DNA of 62,871 nucleotides, the filler included. It is 6 parts of 6 records of this genome, joined end to end, with 100 filler letters (N's around TTAATTAATTAA, not from the genome) between each part and the next. Parts side by side here need not be neighbours in the genome. Positions count along the whole stretch, not along the records: positions 36,824 to 45,354 come from SRR20825010_2635; positions 45,455 to 54,614 come from SRR20825010_2638; 4 more parts are not named here. One strand, written 5' to 3'. A program made the translations under genes and the position numbers. The notes beneath the pieces were generated by a model. The model worked only from the letters and a program-made list of their open reading frames with translations. It was not told where the DNA came from and ran no database searches. How positions within the stretch are numbered: the first letter of the stretch is position 1; every line of letters starts with the position of its first letter. Positions 40,002 through 49,594 of the stretch are shown here, piece by piece.

Positions 40002-41474
40002 ATGTCAATTAACAGCGCTCTAATCGCGGCAACATCCGGCCTGTCGGCAGCTCAGGCACGTATCGATGTGGTGTCCCAAAACGTGGCGAATGCCGCGAAC
40101 CCGACATACACACGGAAATCGCAGGAGCTGCAGACCCGGATTATCGGTGGTCAGGCGCAGGGTGTTGACCTCGGTGTGGTAGTGCGCTCCGTCAATGAAG
40201 GTCTACAGAAAGATATCCGTTCCCAGACAGCGACCGTTTCCGAGCTGACGGTTCTGGACACATATCTTGAGCGTATGGTCGAGTCTTTCGGTCGGCCGGG
40301 CGATGATGATTCGATCTCCGCGAAGATCACGGACCTGAAGGAAAAACTTCAGGCCCTGTCGATTGCTCCGGAGCTTGGAGCGAACCAGGCTGAAGTCCTG
40401 CGTGCGGCGGAAAGTGTTGCGGCCGAATTCCAGGAACTCTCGCGGACCATCAGCAATCTTCGAAAAGAAGCGGACCGGCAGATCGCGGATACCGTTGATC
40501 TGGCTAATACGGCGCTGGAAAATATCGACACGCTCAATGATTCAATTGCCACGCGTAAGACCCAGGGGCTGACGACCGCCGACCTTGAGGATAGCCGTGA
40601 TCAGTTTGTTGAAGAGCTGTCGCAATATATGAACATCAATGTGATCGAGCGCTCGAATGGCGAGTTGACCATTTTGACCGGCGATAGCCGCTTGCTGCTT
40701 GACGATACGATGTTCCCGCTGACATTCGTTGAAACCTCCCTTTTTACGGCGACGACTGCTGGTCAGCCTTTGCAGCTTGAGGACGGTCTTCCCGGTACCG
40801 CTACGAACCCGGATATTTCTGCCGAGGTGTCGGGAAAGGATGGTGAGCTGGCCGGGCTTCTAAGGGTGCGCGATACGATCCTGGTTGAAGCTCAGGATCA
40901 GCTGGATACTCTGGCGCACGAGCTGGCGAACGATCTGGATACCTTCACAATCAACGGTACGACCGCGGTGGTTAATCTGTTCGTTGATGGTGGTGGTGCG
41001 GTTCCCGCGGATGCGCTGGGCAGCGAACAAGGGTTTGCTGAGGTGATCCAGGTCAATGCCCTGGTGACCGGGACGCCTTCAATCCTGGTGACCGGTGATA
41101 CCGGAAACGGAGCAAATACATATGTTGCCATCGGCTCCGGTGACCATCGTGTCGCAAATGCCATGCTTGATGTGTTTCAGGATACCCAGACTTTCGTTGC
41201 CGGCTTCGGGCTGACCGCGAATAACAGTATTGAAGGTTTTGCCGCCGAACTGGTCGGCTTCCAGGCTAACCAGCATGCGACCTTTGAAAGCCAGCTTACG
41301 TTTGAAACCAATTTCCGGGACACCCTGATACAGACCTATCGGGACGAAAGCGGCGTGAACACGGATGAAGAGCTTGCCAAGCTGATCGAACTGGAAGCCG
41401 CTTTCGCAGCCTCCGCGCGTGTCTTGCAGACTGTCCAGCAGTCGCTTGACGAACTTGTTAACATTATTCGTTAG
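40002..41474 (+). CDS. flgK: Flagellar hook-associated protein 1
   Basis: SGL..AQ....VVSQNVANA..PTYTRK; SGVNTDEEL..L......AASARV. Confidence 0.95.
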   Translation: MSINSALIAATSGLSAAQARIDVVSQNVANAANPTYTRKSQELQTRIIGGQAQGVDLGVVVRSVNEGLQKDIRSQTATVSELTVLDTYLERMVESFGRPGDDDSISAKITDLKEKLQALSIAPELGANQAEVLRAAESVAAEFQELSRTISNLRKEADRQIADTVDLANTALENIDTLNDSIATRKTQGLTTADLEDSRDQFVEELSQYMNINVIERSNGELTILTGDSRLLLDDTMFPLTFVETSLFTATTAGQPLQLEDGLPGTATNPDISAEVSGKDGELAGLLRVRDTILVEAQDQLDTLAHELANDLDTFTINGTTAVVNLFVDGGGAVPADALGSEQGFAEVIQVNALVTGTPSILVTGDTGNGANTYVAIGSGDHRVANAMLDVFQDTQTFVAGFGLTANNSIEGFAAELVGFQANQHATFESQLTFETNFRDTLIQTYRDESGVNTDEELAKLIELEAAFAASARVLQTVQQSLDELVNIIR

Positions 41475-41488
41475 GAAGGAGTGAGACG

Positions 41489-42493
41489 ATGCGTGTCGCC
41501 ACCCTGACAATGTCATTGCGGGCACAGAACACAGTTCTGAATCTTCAGGATCAGTTTTCACGTGCGCAGCAGCAGGTTTCCACCGGGAAGATTTCCCAGA
41601 TTTACAGCGGGCTGAGAGGCGACGACGCGCGGGTTTCGATCCAGTTGCGCGAGGAGATCCAGACCAAGGAGACCTACGTCACCACCATTGAGCAGGTGCG
41701 AACACGTACCAAGATCATGGAAGCGGCGCTGACCGGTATCCAGGATCTTGCGGAGCAAATGCGGGTTGAACTGATCAACCAGCAGGAAGGCAAGTTCGAT
41801 GACACCGCGCCGGTGTTGAAGCAATTTGCGGATTCCGCCATCGATCAGCTTGTGAGCCTTCTGAACACGCAGTCAGAGGGGCGGTATCTCTTCAATGGAA
41901 CGGATGTCTCGACGGCGCCTGTGGATAATGCCGCAGCGTTGAAAACGGCAGCGTATGCAGCGATACCGGCGCTTGCTGTTGGTAACTCCGCGGCGGTGAT
42001 CGGCGCGTCGGCCACCCAGTTCGGTACTGATGCAAACTGGAACAATGTTGCCGGGCTTGTCCCGGGGCAGACCAAGCCGTTTGCATTCGATGCGGCGGAA
42101 GGTGTGCGCCTGGAGTTTGGTGAACTCGCCAACGACGATTCAACCTTCGAGGAGCTTTTCGAAGTATTCGCCACTTTTGCCGATGTCGATTTTGCCGCCG
42201 GCCTTGATAATGACTACCGTGATCTGGTCAACGATGGTTTGACTCGGGTTGAGGCTGCTGCGGATGAGATTGGCCTGATGATTGCGTCGCTGGGCACGAC
42301 CCAGGCGCGCATGACGGATATTGAATCCCAACACAAGGACGATAACACATTGCTGTCGAATCAACTCGATGGTGTTGAGAATGTGGATCCTTTTGAGGCT
42401 GCAGCAGAGTTTCAGCTGCTTCAGGGGCAGCTTCAGGCGGCCTACCAGACGACGGCGTCCTTGCGTCAGCTATCCCTTGCTAATTACATCTAA
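41489..42493 (+). CDS. flgL: Flagellar hook-associated protein 3
   Basis: MRVAT, QVSTGK, LNTQSEGRYLFNG, C-terminal LSLANYI; follows flgK. Confidence 0.88.
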   Translation: MRVATLTMSLRAQNTVLNLQDQFSRAQQQVSTGKISQIYSGLRGDDARVSIQLREEIQTKETYVTTIEQVRTRTKIMEAALTGIQDLAEQMRVELINQQEGKFDDTAPVLKQFADSAIDQLVSLLNTQSEGRYLFNGTDVSTAPVDNAAALKTAAYAAIPALAVGNSAAVIGASATQFGTDANWNNVAGLVPGQTKPFAFDAAEGVRLEFGELANDDSTFEELFEVFATFADVDFAAGLDNDYRDLVNDGLTRVEAAADEIGLMIASLGTTQARMTDIESQHKDDNTLLSNQLDGVENVDPFEAAAEFQLLQGQLQAAYQTTASLRQLSLANYI

Positions 42494-42698
42494 AGTCGAC
42501 GGGGGCATTTGACGCCTGACGCGGCCTTCTTAAGGCGCTGAAGTAAAGTAACTTCGATGATTCCGCTGTAATGCCGCGAATTTTGTCTAAATTGTTCTCT
42601 AATGTGTGAAGGACTCGACATTCTTTCTGTCGAGTGCTATATACATTTAAAGTTGCCGACAAAAAGGCAGGTTCGTTCACTCCAGAATGGAGATGGTC

Positions 42699-43097
42699 AT
42701 GGTCGAAATCCTCTCCGGGGCGACCGCCGCACAATCAGTTGCGAAAACCGTCCCGTTGCCGCCGCTTCAAGCGCCGGGCGCCAACGCTGCCACTGTTTCC
42801 AAGAATGTTTCCTCCGATTTTTATCTGAGTCCGGTGATTCGGTTTGATCCGGAATCCCTTCGTGTGATTTTTGAGCTTCGCGACAGCCAGTCGGGTGAAG
42901 TGACGAAGCAATTCCCGCCCGAGAGTGTTGTGAGAGAGCATCAGAAAAGTGCTGATCTTGCGCAAGAGCCTGCGGAAACTTCACGTCAGACTTCAGACGT
43001 CGGCACATCTTCCGATGCGAGCGCCGTTCCTACTCAGGAAACTGGCGAGTCGCCTCTGAATACAGGCACAGAGCAGGAAGTTGATGTTCTGATCTGA
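42699..43097 (+). CDS. FlaG-like flagellar protein
   Basis: VIFELRDSQSGEVTKQFPPE resembles the FlaG core; GGAG RBS. Confidence 0.6.
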   Translation: MVEILSGATAAQSVAKTVPLPPLQAPGANAATVSKNVSSDFYLSPVIRFDPESLRVIFELRDSQSGEVTKQFPPESVVREHQKSADLAQEPAETSRQTSDVGTSSDASAVPTQETGESPLNTGTEQEVDVLI

Positions 43098-43299
43098 TTG
43101 GATCGCAGGCTTGCGTAATCGGTGTGACCGGCTTTGATAAAGGACAAAAGGGCGAGGACACTGGGTCTGGCGCCCTTTATTCATGTTCAGGCAATAATTT
43201 TGAGTGGATGTAAGGTGGTTGCCAGGGGCGAACGTTTCCGGAAATTCCCCTACAGTTCCAACTATGCTAGGAACACAGTGTGTGGGTTTGAGTGTTTCG

Positions 43300-44244
43300 A
43301 TGGGGGATTCCAGCGTGACGAATGAAGACGCGATCAATGAATTGCTGAAACGCGGTATCAGCCATCATGAAGCCGACGAGGTTGTTGAGGCGCGCAACAT
43401 ATATGTCGAGATCCTTGAACGTGATCCGCAAAACCATCGGGCACTGGATCTTGCGGGTTTGCTCTGCATGCAGTGCGATGAGCTTGACGCTGCCGCGGAT
43501 TTTTTCGCTTCGGCCATCGAACTCGATCCTGAATCCGGCCGGTATCTCTGCCATGCGGGCACTCTTGAATTGCATCAGGGCAATTTTGGGAGAGCGACTG
43601 AGCTGTTGCTGAAGGCGATTGAAAACGATCCTGAAATCAGCGAGTCGTTTCTTTCTCTTGCGCTGGTTTACCGGGCAGAAAAGAAAATCGGAGATGCAAT
43701 CGCCGTTATTGAAAGCGGGCTGTCGCACGAGCCGGATAACAGCCGTTTGCTGACGTGGCGTGGTGTTCTTGAGGTTGATCGGGAAGATCTTCCGAGTGCT
43801 GCCGAGTTCCTGCATCAGGCGATTGATGCCGATCATGATAATGTCGAAGCAATGGTCACGCTTGGTAATGTCATGGCGGAGCTTGATGAGCTTGATGTGG
43901 CGCAACGCTGCTACAGCTCCGTCAAGGAGCGTGTACCGGAAGATATAGGAACCCGGTGCCGTCTTTCCGTTCTGCTCAAGCGCCTGGGCAAACGCGATGA
44001 AGCTGTCAAGGAACTTGAAGAGGCTTTTGCCGAGGCTCCGGCAGAAAGCGAGACCTTCAATGAAATCGCTTTGTTGTTTGAATCCCTCGGGCAGGATGAC
44101 GATGCGATCGTCGCGGCCGAACGGGCGGTCGCTTTAGATGCGGATAACGCGGCGAGTTTTAAATTGCTCGCGCGGCTTCATGAGAAGGCTGGTAACGAAG
44201 AAGCGGCTAAAGAGGCCAAAGACCGGTCGTCCGCTCTTTCCTGA
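43300..44244 (+). CDS. Acidic tetratricopeptide repeat protein
   Basis: Tandem TPRs along the whole length; start uncertain (43300 or 43315). Confidence 0.85.
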   Translation: MGDSSVTNEDAINELLKRGISHHEADEVVEARNIYVEILERDPQNHRALDLAGLLCMQCDELDAAADFFASAIELDPESGRYLCHAGTLELHQGNFGRATELLLKAIENDPEISESFLSLALVYRAEKKIGDAIAVIESGLSHEPDNSRLLTWRGVLEVDREDLPSAAEFLHQAIDADHDNVEAMVTLGNVMAELDELDVAQRCYSSVKERVPEDIGTRCRLSVLLKRLGKRDEAVKELEEAFAEAPAESETFNEIALLFESLGQDDDAIVAAERAVALDADNAASFKLLARLHEKAGNEEAAKEAKDRSSALS

Positions 44245-44301
44245 TTGTATCTTCCTTGGCTAACCGCATGCCATGCATGATGCGTGCGGTTAGCGCTCTT
44301 A

Positions 44302-44748
44302 TCAGAGACTTTTACTGACGGCCGCGATCGGCTGGGCGAGAGGGGCATAAGCTGCATAGCCTGTCCGGGGCTTGCCAAAGCTTGGTGCCTCCGCGTCGAT
44401 ACCGCGCTGCTTGCGAACCGATTCCATGATCAGTGAGACTACCCGTTCCGCGGCATCGTGGCTGGAGCGCAGCGCCAGCATGTTGTCCGACAGGGCACAA
44501 CGGAACCGCTGATACAGATCCCGCAACTCTGTCCGGTCGTCATCCGGTACATTATCCAGAACTTCCGGATGCGCGCGTACCGCTGTCTGATGCTTGTCGA
44601 AGGACAGGGACAGCTGGCGCTTACGGGCCTGGAGCTTGTCCAGTGTCTTGAATTCGCGTTTTTTCAGCAGCGCGGTCTCTTCATTCAAGAGCTTCATCAA
44701 CCCGATCATGCTCTCTCGGAAAGCTTCGACGATGGAATGATCAGGCAT
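44302..44748 (-). CDS. FlgN-like flagellar chaperone
   Basis: LLNEETALL...L...K..L helical pattern; follows flgI and rod-binding gene. Confidence 0.7.
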   Translation of the reverse strand: MPDHSIVEAFRESMIGLMKLLNEETALLKKREFKTLDKLQARKRQLSLSFDKHQTAVRAHPEVLDNVPDDDRTELRDLYQRFRCALSDNMLALRSSHDAAERVVSLIMESVRKQRGIDAEAPSFGKPRTGYAAYAPLAQPIAAVSKSL

Positions 44749-44749
44749 A

Positions 44750-45088
44750 TCAATTTACCTCCTGCAGAGAGATCAACTGGCGTTCGATGTTATCGGCAAG
44801 TCCGATGCCGCCGGTGCCGGCCATTTGTTTGCCATACTCGTCGACCAGCAGGTCGCGGTAGATGTTTTCGGCCTGGCCGCCTCCGAACAGCGGGTTGCTT
44901 TCCATTCCCTTGAACATGTGTCCAAGCATCTGGCTGATGAAGATGCCTTCGAATTCCTCGGCGGCATGGCGAATAGCCGTCTTGTCGCCACCTGCGGCCT
45001 GAAGTTTCTGGACCGCGGCGTTCGTGCGGGCACTTTGTGCCTGAGCGTTGGCGGCGGCGGAGTCAGTAAGGGATGTGGTTTGCATCAT
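44750..45088 (-). CDS. flgJ: Rod-binding protein (single-domain FlgJ)
   Basis: AAEEFEGIFISQML, FGGG.AENIYRDLL.DEY, GGIGLAD. Confidence 0.88.
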   Translation of the reverse strand: MMQTTSLTDSAAANAQAQSARTNAAVQKLQAAGGDKTAIRHAAEEFEGIFISQMLGHMFKGMESNPLFGGGQAENIYRDLLVDEYGKQMAGTGGIGLADNIERQLISLQEVN

Positions 45089-45096
45089 TCCGCTCC

Positions 45097-45354
45097 TTAA
45101 AGGACTTCTATTTCGGCTTGCAGGGCGCCTGCCGCCTTGATGGCCTGCAGGATCGAGATCAGGTCGCGGGGACCAATGCCGAGAGCGTTAAGCCCATCGA
45201 CGAGTTCCTGGAGGGTCACGCTTTGCGCGAGGACGGAGAGCTGCTTGTCTTCGTCCTGATCGATCTCGATCTGGGTCCTTGGAACCGTGACGGTCTCGCC
45301 GGTCTGTGCGAAAGGCTGAGGCTGCGATACCTGCGGTGTTTCCGTGATCCGGAT
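45097..45354 (-). CDS. flgI: Flagellar P-ring protein, 3' part only (not in ORF track)
   Basis: Manual translation IRITETPQVSQPQPF...LNALGIGPRDLISILQAIKAAGALQAEIEVL*. Confidence 0.95.
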   Translation of the reverse strand: MRITETPQVSQPQPFAQTGETVTVPRTQIEIDQDEDKQLSVLAQSVTLQELVDGLNALGIGPRDLISILQAIKAAGALQAEIEVL

Positions 45355-45454
45355 NNNNNNNNNNNNNNNNNNNNNNNNNNNNNNNNNNNNNNNNNNNNTT
45401 AATTAATTAANNNNNNNNNNNNNNNNNNNNNNNNNNNNNNNNNNNNNNNNNNNN
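45355..45454. other. Artificial contig spacer
   Basis: N44-TTAATTAATTAA-N44. Confidence 0.99.
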
Positions 45455-45455
45455 A

Positions 45456-45578
45456 CCAAGTCCACTGCGAACCGTCCGCGTCACACTGTTCGATGGCTCC
45501 ACATCACCGAGGAATCCTCCGCCGTGGAGGAGTGATGGGAATGGACTTGGCATCCACAGGGACCTGTCAGTCGGATGC
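45456..45578. other. Nested inverted repeats at contig edge (possible IS end or structured RNA)
   Basis: CCAAGTCCA/TGGACTTGG enclosing CGAAC/GTTCG, CATCAC/GTGATG and TCCTCC/GGAGGA; then GCATCC/GGATGC. Confidence 0.45.
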
Positions 45579-45852
45579 GTCGTCGCGATTACTAAAGATG
45601 CAAGATTCCGACAAGAGAACCAAACGAGGTGTGAAGATGTTGAAGCCCTAGTAGCTTGCTCGAGTGATGTGGCACGCCGAAGCACTAGATCGAGCAGTGT
45701 GAAAATCGTGGTTGCGGAATCGGGCTCGTATGTTTCGTTTGTACGTCGGTAGAAGGCCAACGGCCGCACGAAGAAGACGCGGTTTTCGTATCATAGCTCG
45801 TCGGTAGCCGCCGCCTTGTGATCCGTCTGTTGCCCCGCTGAACGAGCCCTTT

Positions 45853-46332
45853 GTGATCGCTGAACTCATTGCTGCGAACAACCCAACCGCACGACCGGTG
45901 AGTGTGGATAAATCTGCCGTTTGTTTCCTTTCCGAAAGCGGCGTTCCGGAGTGGATGGTCCGTTCTCTCACCGCGACTGCGTATGACGAGTGGATGCCGC
46001 TGCAGAATCATTTCATCGCTCCCGTGAATCAACTCCGCGAGCTCAATTACGAAGATCTGTATCGTCCTTGGTTTCAACGGCGATACCTCACCATCGGCGG
46101 TGGCTTGAATGGCGATCCGATCGCGATCGACCTGAACACTCATCGGATGTGCTTTCTCTTCCACGATGAAATGTATCCCCGGGAAGATTACCTTCCCGAC
46201 GACTTTGTATTGCACACCCCACTCACCTACACTGACTTTTGGACCGGAGTTGCCAACGATCCAAGCTTCCCGGTCGACGCCTACGACGCTGAAGCACGCT
46301 GGGGACGATTCCCGCGGAATTGTGCAGGGTGA
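45853..46332 (+). CDS. Hypothetical protein, SMI1/KNR4 (SUKH)-like
   Basis: YLTIGGGLNGDPIAIDL...FLFHDE pattern. Confidence 0.6.
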   Translation: MIAELIAANNPTARPVSVDKSAVCFLSESGVPEWMVRSLTATAYDEWMPLQNHFIAPVNQLRELNYEDLYRPWFQRRYLTIGGGLNGDPIAIDLNTHRMCFLFHDEMYPREDYLPDDFVLHTPLTYTDFWTGVANDPSFPVDAYDAEARWGRFPRNCAG

Positions 46333-46470
46333 TCGTCATGGATGTTGACCCATGGTCACCAAATGCGAACTGGACTGCAGCGTGTTTCGGCTGACTCACC
46401 ATCGCGTTCCAGTCACCCTGGTTTTTCATTGATCAATCATGCCGAACCTTTCCCGGATGGAGTGGATCCT

Positions 46471-47241
46471 ATGAAGAGCATCGCCAGTCTCGTTGTCGCA
46501 GCAATGTTTGTGATTTCATTGCCCGGAATGTCCGACGAGCCACCCGATCCGTTTTCGGACAATGAGATCACACCGCGAGAGGGCGCCCCCAAGTACGACC
46601 CCACCAAGCCGTGGAGCGAAGAAAACCGATTGCGACTGACTTTGTCTGTTATCAAGCATCCGACGGATCGATTCGATTCCGCAGTCGTTTCGTTGACGGC
46701 AAAGAACATCAGCGATCAACCGCTTCAGCTCGATTCTGAACTGATCATTGGTTTCAAAGTTCATTTTCGTACTGACCTTGAACCGACTGATGATCAGATC
46801 CGAGTGTTGCCTGATCCACGCTGCGTCGACTACAGGAATGAACAGGATCGAGCGAAGCCGACAAAGGCCGAAGCCGCTTCTCGGTTCACTATCCTCAAGC
46901 CGGGGGAGGCGATCAATCGTCGAATCGATCTTGGTGAACCGTTGCTTGGCGGAGGCGCAGGCCGAGCGTACATGACGACAGAATCGGGTGAAATGTTTGA
47001 CATTGAAACCTTCGGCGAAGGTTCATCCGAGCTTGTCTTTCCAGCGGAGGCGAGCGAGCTGACTTTGCGTGTGTACTATGAACGTGGCGTTGGATGGACT
47101 CCAGATAGCTTGCTCGAGGAGTATTTCGGTCTACCTGTTGAGCAACTGAAGGTGCCTTGGAATGGACGAGCGATCTCTGCGTCACTGGTCCTGAAGCTGG
47201 AAAGAAATCAAGCGGCGAACGATGGTGCTGTATCAGAGTGA
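46471..47241 (+). CDS. Exported hypothetical protein
   Basis: GGAG RBS; signal-like MKSIASLVVAAMFVISLPG; Ig-like pattern SLTAKNISDQP...ILKPGE. Confidence 0.7.
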   Translation: MKSIASLVVAAMFVISLPGMSDEPPDPFSDNEITPREGAPKYDPTKPWSEENRLRLTLSVIKHPTDRFDSAVVSLTAKNISDQPLQLDSELIIGFKVHFRTDLEPTDDQIRVLPDPRCVDYRNEQDRAKPTKAEAASRFTILKPGEAINRRIDLGEPLLGGGAGRAYMTTESGEMFDIETFGEGSSELVFPAEASELTLRVYYERGVGWTPDSLLEEYFGLPVEQLKVPWNGRAISASLVLKLERNQAANDGAVSE

Positions 47242-47294
47242 CTCATCTTCGTTGATCACGATTGCTACCGGGCGGGGAATTCCCACCGGCTGTT

Positions 47295-47520
47295 CATGCG
47301 GCTGGAGTCGGGTTCTGGTGGGTGATTTGGGCTTTCATCTTTTGTACTGATATCAGCGATCTTATTTTTCTGCGGGACGACGGAATCGCCCTGTGTGAAA
47401 TGCCTTGTTCGCCTTTTTGACGCTAGGAATCTTCTTGAGCTCACTGGCTGTCGACGCTCTGCACATCTTTGTCTTCCAGCACCACTGGCACCCCGCCTGG
47501 CTCCTCGTATCTAACCGGGC
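47295..47520 (+). pseudogene. Possible decayed membrane-protein gene
   Basis: Hydrophobic segments GVGFWWVIWAFIF and ALFAFLTLGIFL joined only via a frameshift near 47340 and in-frame TGA at 47348 and 47396. Confidence 0.3.
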
Positions 47521-47526
47521 GAATCG

Positions 47527-47610
47527 CAAAGCGATGAACCCAAGAAGCGAAGCCGGGCGGTTGCGAATGGTAAGAGGAGTTCCCGCGAGGCAGTTTTTAT
47601 GGACGTCAAT
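47527..47610 (+). repeat. Degenerate planctomycete attC-like repeat
   Basis: CAAAGCGATGAACC...GCGAAGCCGGGCGGTT...ATGGTAA resembles recalled Pirellulaceae cassette spacers. Confidence 0.4.
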
Positions 47611-47714
47611 TGACTGACATGCTGTTGGTTTTGCGTGGTTTGATGTCGCTTCGTTGGCTCGCTAGCTGGTAGAGTCCGTTCAAACTCGTCCATGATCTCG
47701 ATTTGGAAATCCTG

Positions 47715-48095
47715 ATGAAAAACGTCAGCAAAATGATGGCTCCTGTGGCGATCGTTGTCACTGTGTTGCTCGCGGGGACATTCGCATCAGATGCGTTCGG
47801 CGAACGAGGCTCGCAAAAGCTGACATTGCCCGACTTCACCGAGGTAGACGAATTGAGAGCATTCCTGTTCGAGAACGGTCACGATTCGCTTGCTCTGTCT
47901 CGATTGGAAGTTGAATCTTCGCTTCCCTGCGGCAAAGAATTGGGGACAATTCAAATCGTCGGCGATTCCAGGTACAAGCGAGTTGTCTATCTTCTTCCAC
48001 TGGGTGGAAACGAAGAGAGGCTGGTGCTTTCATTCGCAACACCAAAAGGCGCGAATGCGGAGAAACTGTGTGGCTTCTGGATTGAAGCGAATTAG
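47715..48095 (+). CDS. Exported or membrane-anchored hypothetical protein
   Basis: N-terminal hydrophobic segment VAIVVTVLLAGTFA; 126 aa. Confidence 0.6.
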   Translation: MKNVSKMMAPVAIVVTVLLAGTFASDAFGERGSQKLTLPDFTEVDELRAFLFENGHDSLALSRLEVESSLPCGKELGTIQIVGDSRYKRVVYLLPLGGNEERLVLSFATPKGANAEKLCGFWIEAN

Positions 48096-48221
48096 CGAGG
48101 GCAAATTGCCTTCACATGGAACAGTGGCACCTTCCTTCTCGTTTTATGCGCATCGATCACTACCATGAGTTCATGTCGCGCGGCATCCGAGCTGACCCAG
48201 GAAGATGAATGGCAAGTATCA

Positions 48222-48995
48222 ATGGCTGATAAAACCGTTAGGCGTGAACCACATCGCCGACGGAGATTGCCTCGGGTGAGTCTTCGACTGCTTCTGGTTG
48301 CGGTAACGCTTTGTTCCATCTGGTTTGCCAGGGTTGCTTCCACTACCAAGCGACAGAAGGATGCTGTTGCTGTGATTTCTCAACACGGTGGGCGTGTCAT
48401 CTACTCGGTCGAGGTGGACTCGCTGGACACAATGTCCAGCATTCGTTCTCGATTGCTAATGGCGGCCATCGAGTACGTTGATCTTGATTTGATTCTCCCG
48501 GTGACCGAGGTGCGTTCGCGATATCTGGAAGCTCCGAGTCTTCAGCGAGGCGAAAAGTATGCGCCGAGCAGCATCATCAACGCCCTGCCCGACTTGCCAT
48601 CGATTCAAACTTTGTACTTAACGCACACAGAAATCCAAAACGCCGACTTGGCGTCCCTGTCACATCTAGGCGATCTACGCAGGCTCGACTTGTCGATGAC
48701 ACGTCTTCACGAAGGGGATCTGTCTTCGATCGAGTCGCTTGATCTCGTTCACTTGAATTTGTCCCGCACGCGGGTGAATGACGAAGGGCTGAAGTCTCTT
48801 ACCAAGATGACCAATCTTGAAACCCTCAACCTGACTCGAACAAAAGTGACCGGTCACGGGCTTCGCTACATCCAATCGTTGCCCCGTCTGAAGACACTGC
48901 GGATAGAACGCTCATTGGTTTCGAGTGACGACTGCGAACGATTCAAGCAACTTCGACAGGACGTTAACGTCAAATGGTCGGCGTTATCGCTTTGA
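48222..48995 (+). CDS. Leucine-rich repeat protein with planctomycete-type N-terminal anchor
   Basis: RVSLRLLLVAVTL leader; repeats LxxLxLxxTxV/I. Confidence 0.88.
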   Translation: MADKTVRREPHRRRRLPRVSLRLLLVAVTLCSIWFARVASTTKRQKDAVAVISQHGGRVIYSVEVDSLDTMSSIRSRLLMAAIEYVDLDLILPVTEVRSRYLEAPSLQRGEKYAPSSIINALPDLPSIQTLYLTHTEIQNADLASLSHLGDLRRLDLSMTRLHEGDLSSIESLDLVHLNLSRTRVNDEGLKSLTKMTNLETLNLTRTKVTGHGLRYIQSLPRLKTLRIERSLVSSDDCERFKQLRQDVNVKWSALSL

Positions 48996-49016
48996 ACCAC
49001 ATTCTCCGACCGACTC

Positions 49017-49463
49017 ATGAATGATTTGGAGTCGCCAATCGCGGTTGATCTGTGGGCCGCGCGGATACCGGGGTTCGCGTGTATTGCCGAGCACCACTGG
49101 TTCATCGTTGCTCGACCAGGAACTGCGAACCGCTGGGAGGTTTGGCAGACTCCCTGCCAGTCCGAGGTTTCTTGGGGTCATTTGCACTGTGACTTGCTTG
49201 GTCTGACATCCGGCGTTGGCAACGGCCCTGGTCGTATGCTTCGGCGGTGGAGTGGTGCTGATGCTTGTGAGTTGGCTCAACGCATCGAAAATGCACCTGC
49301 GAACTATCCGTGGGTTGATACCTACCGTGTTTTTCCTGGCCCCAACAGCAACACATTCGTACAATGGGTGCTCGCTGGTATTCATGAACTCGGCTGGCGT
49401 GGAATCGGGAGGGCCTATGCACGGCAAGCGTTCGCGTCACACCGCTCGGTGACTCCACCCTAG
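49017..49463 (+). CDS. DUF3750 domain protein
   Basis: HHWFIV, RWEVW, YPW..YRVFPGPNSNTFV. Confidence 0.8.
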   Translation: MNDLESPIAVDLWAARIPGFACIAEHHWFIVARPGTANRWEVWQTPCQSEVSWGHLHCDLLGLTSGVGNGPGRMLRRWSGADACELAQRIENAPANYPWVDTYRVFPGPNSNTFVQWVLAGIHELGWRGIGRAYARQAFASHRSVTPP

Positions 49464-49594
49464 TAGGCAAACTTTGGAGGGCAACTGTTCTATTCTGTCC
49501 GAGCTTTGTTCTTTGGTCGGGTGTGTCTCGGAGTCAGCTTGACGATGAGTCGTGATGACGATCATTGACGCTTCGCTGCCCACGGACTGGGGTT

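Noticed and set aside
42655-42662. Sigma-28 -10-like GCCGACAA
   Set aside because: No TAAA -35 element at the required spacing
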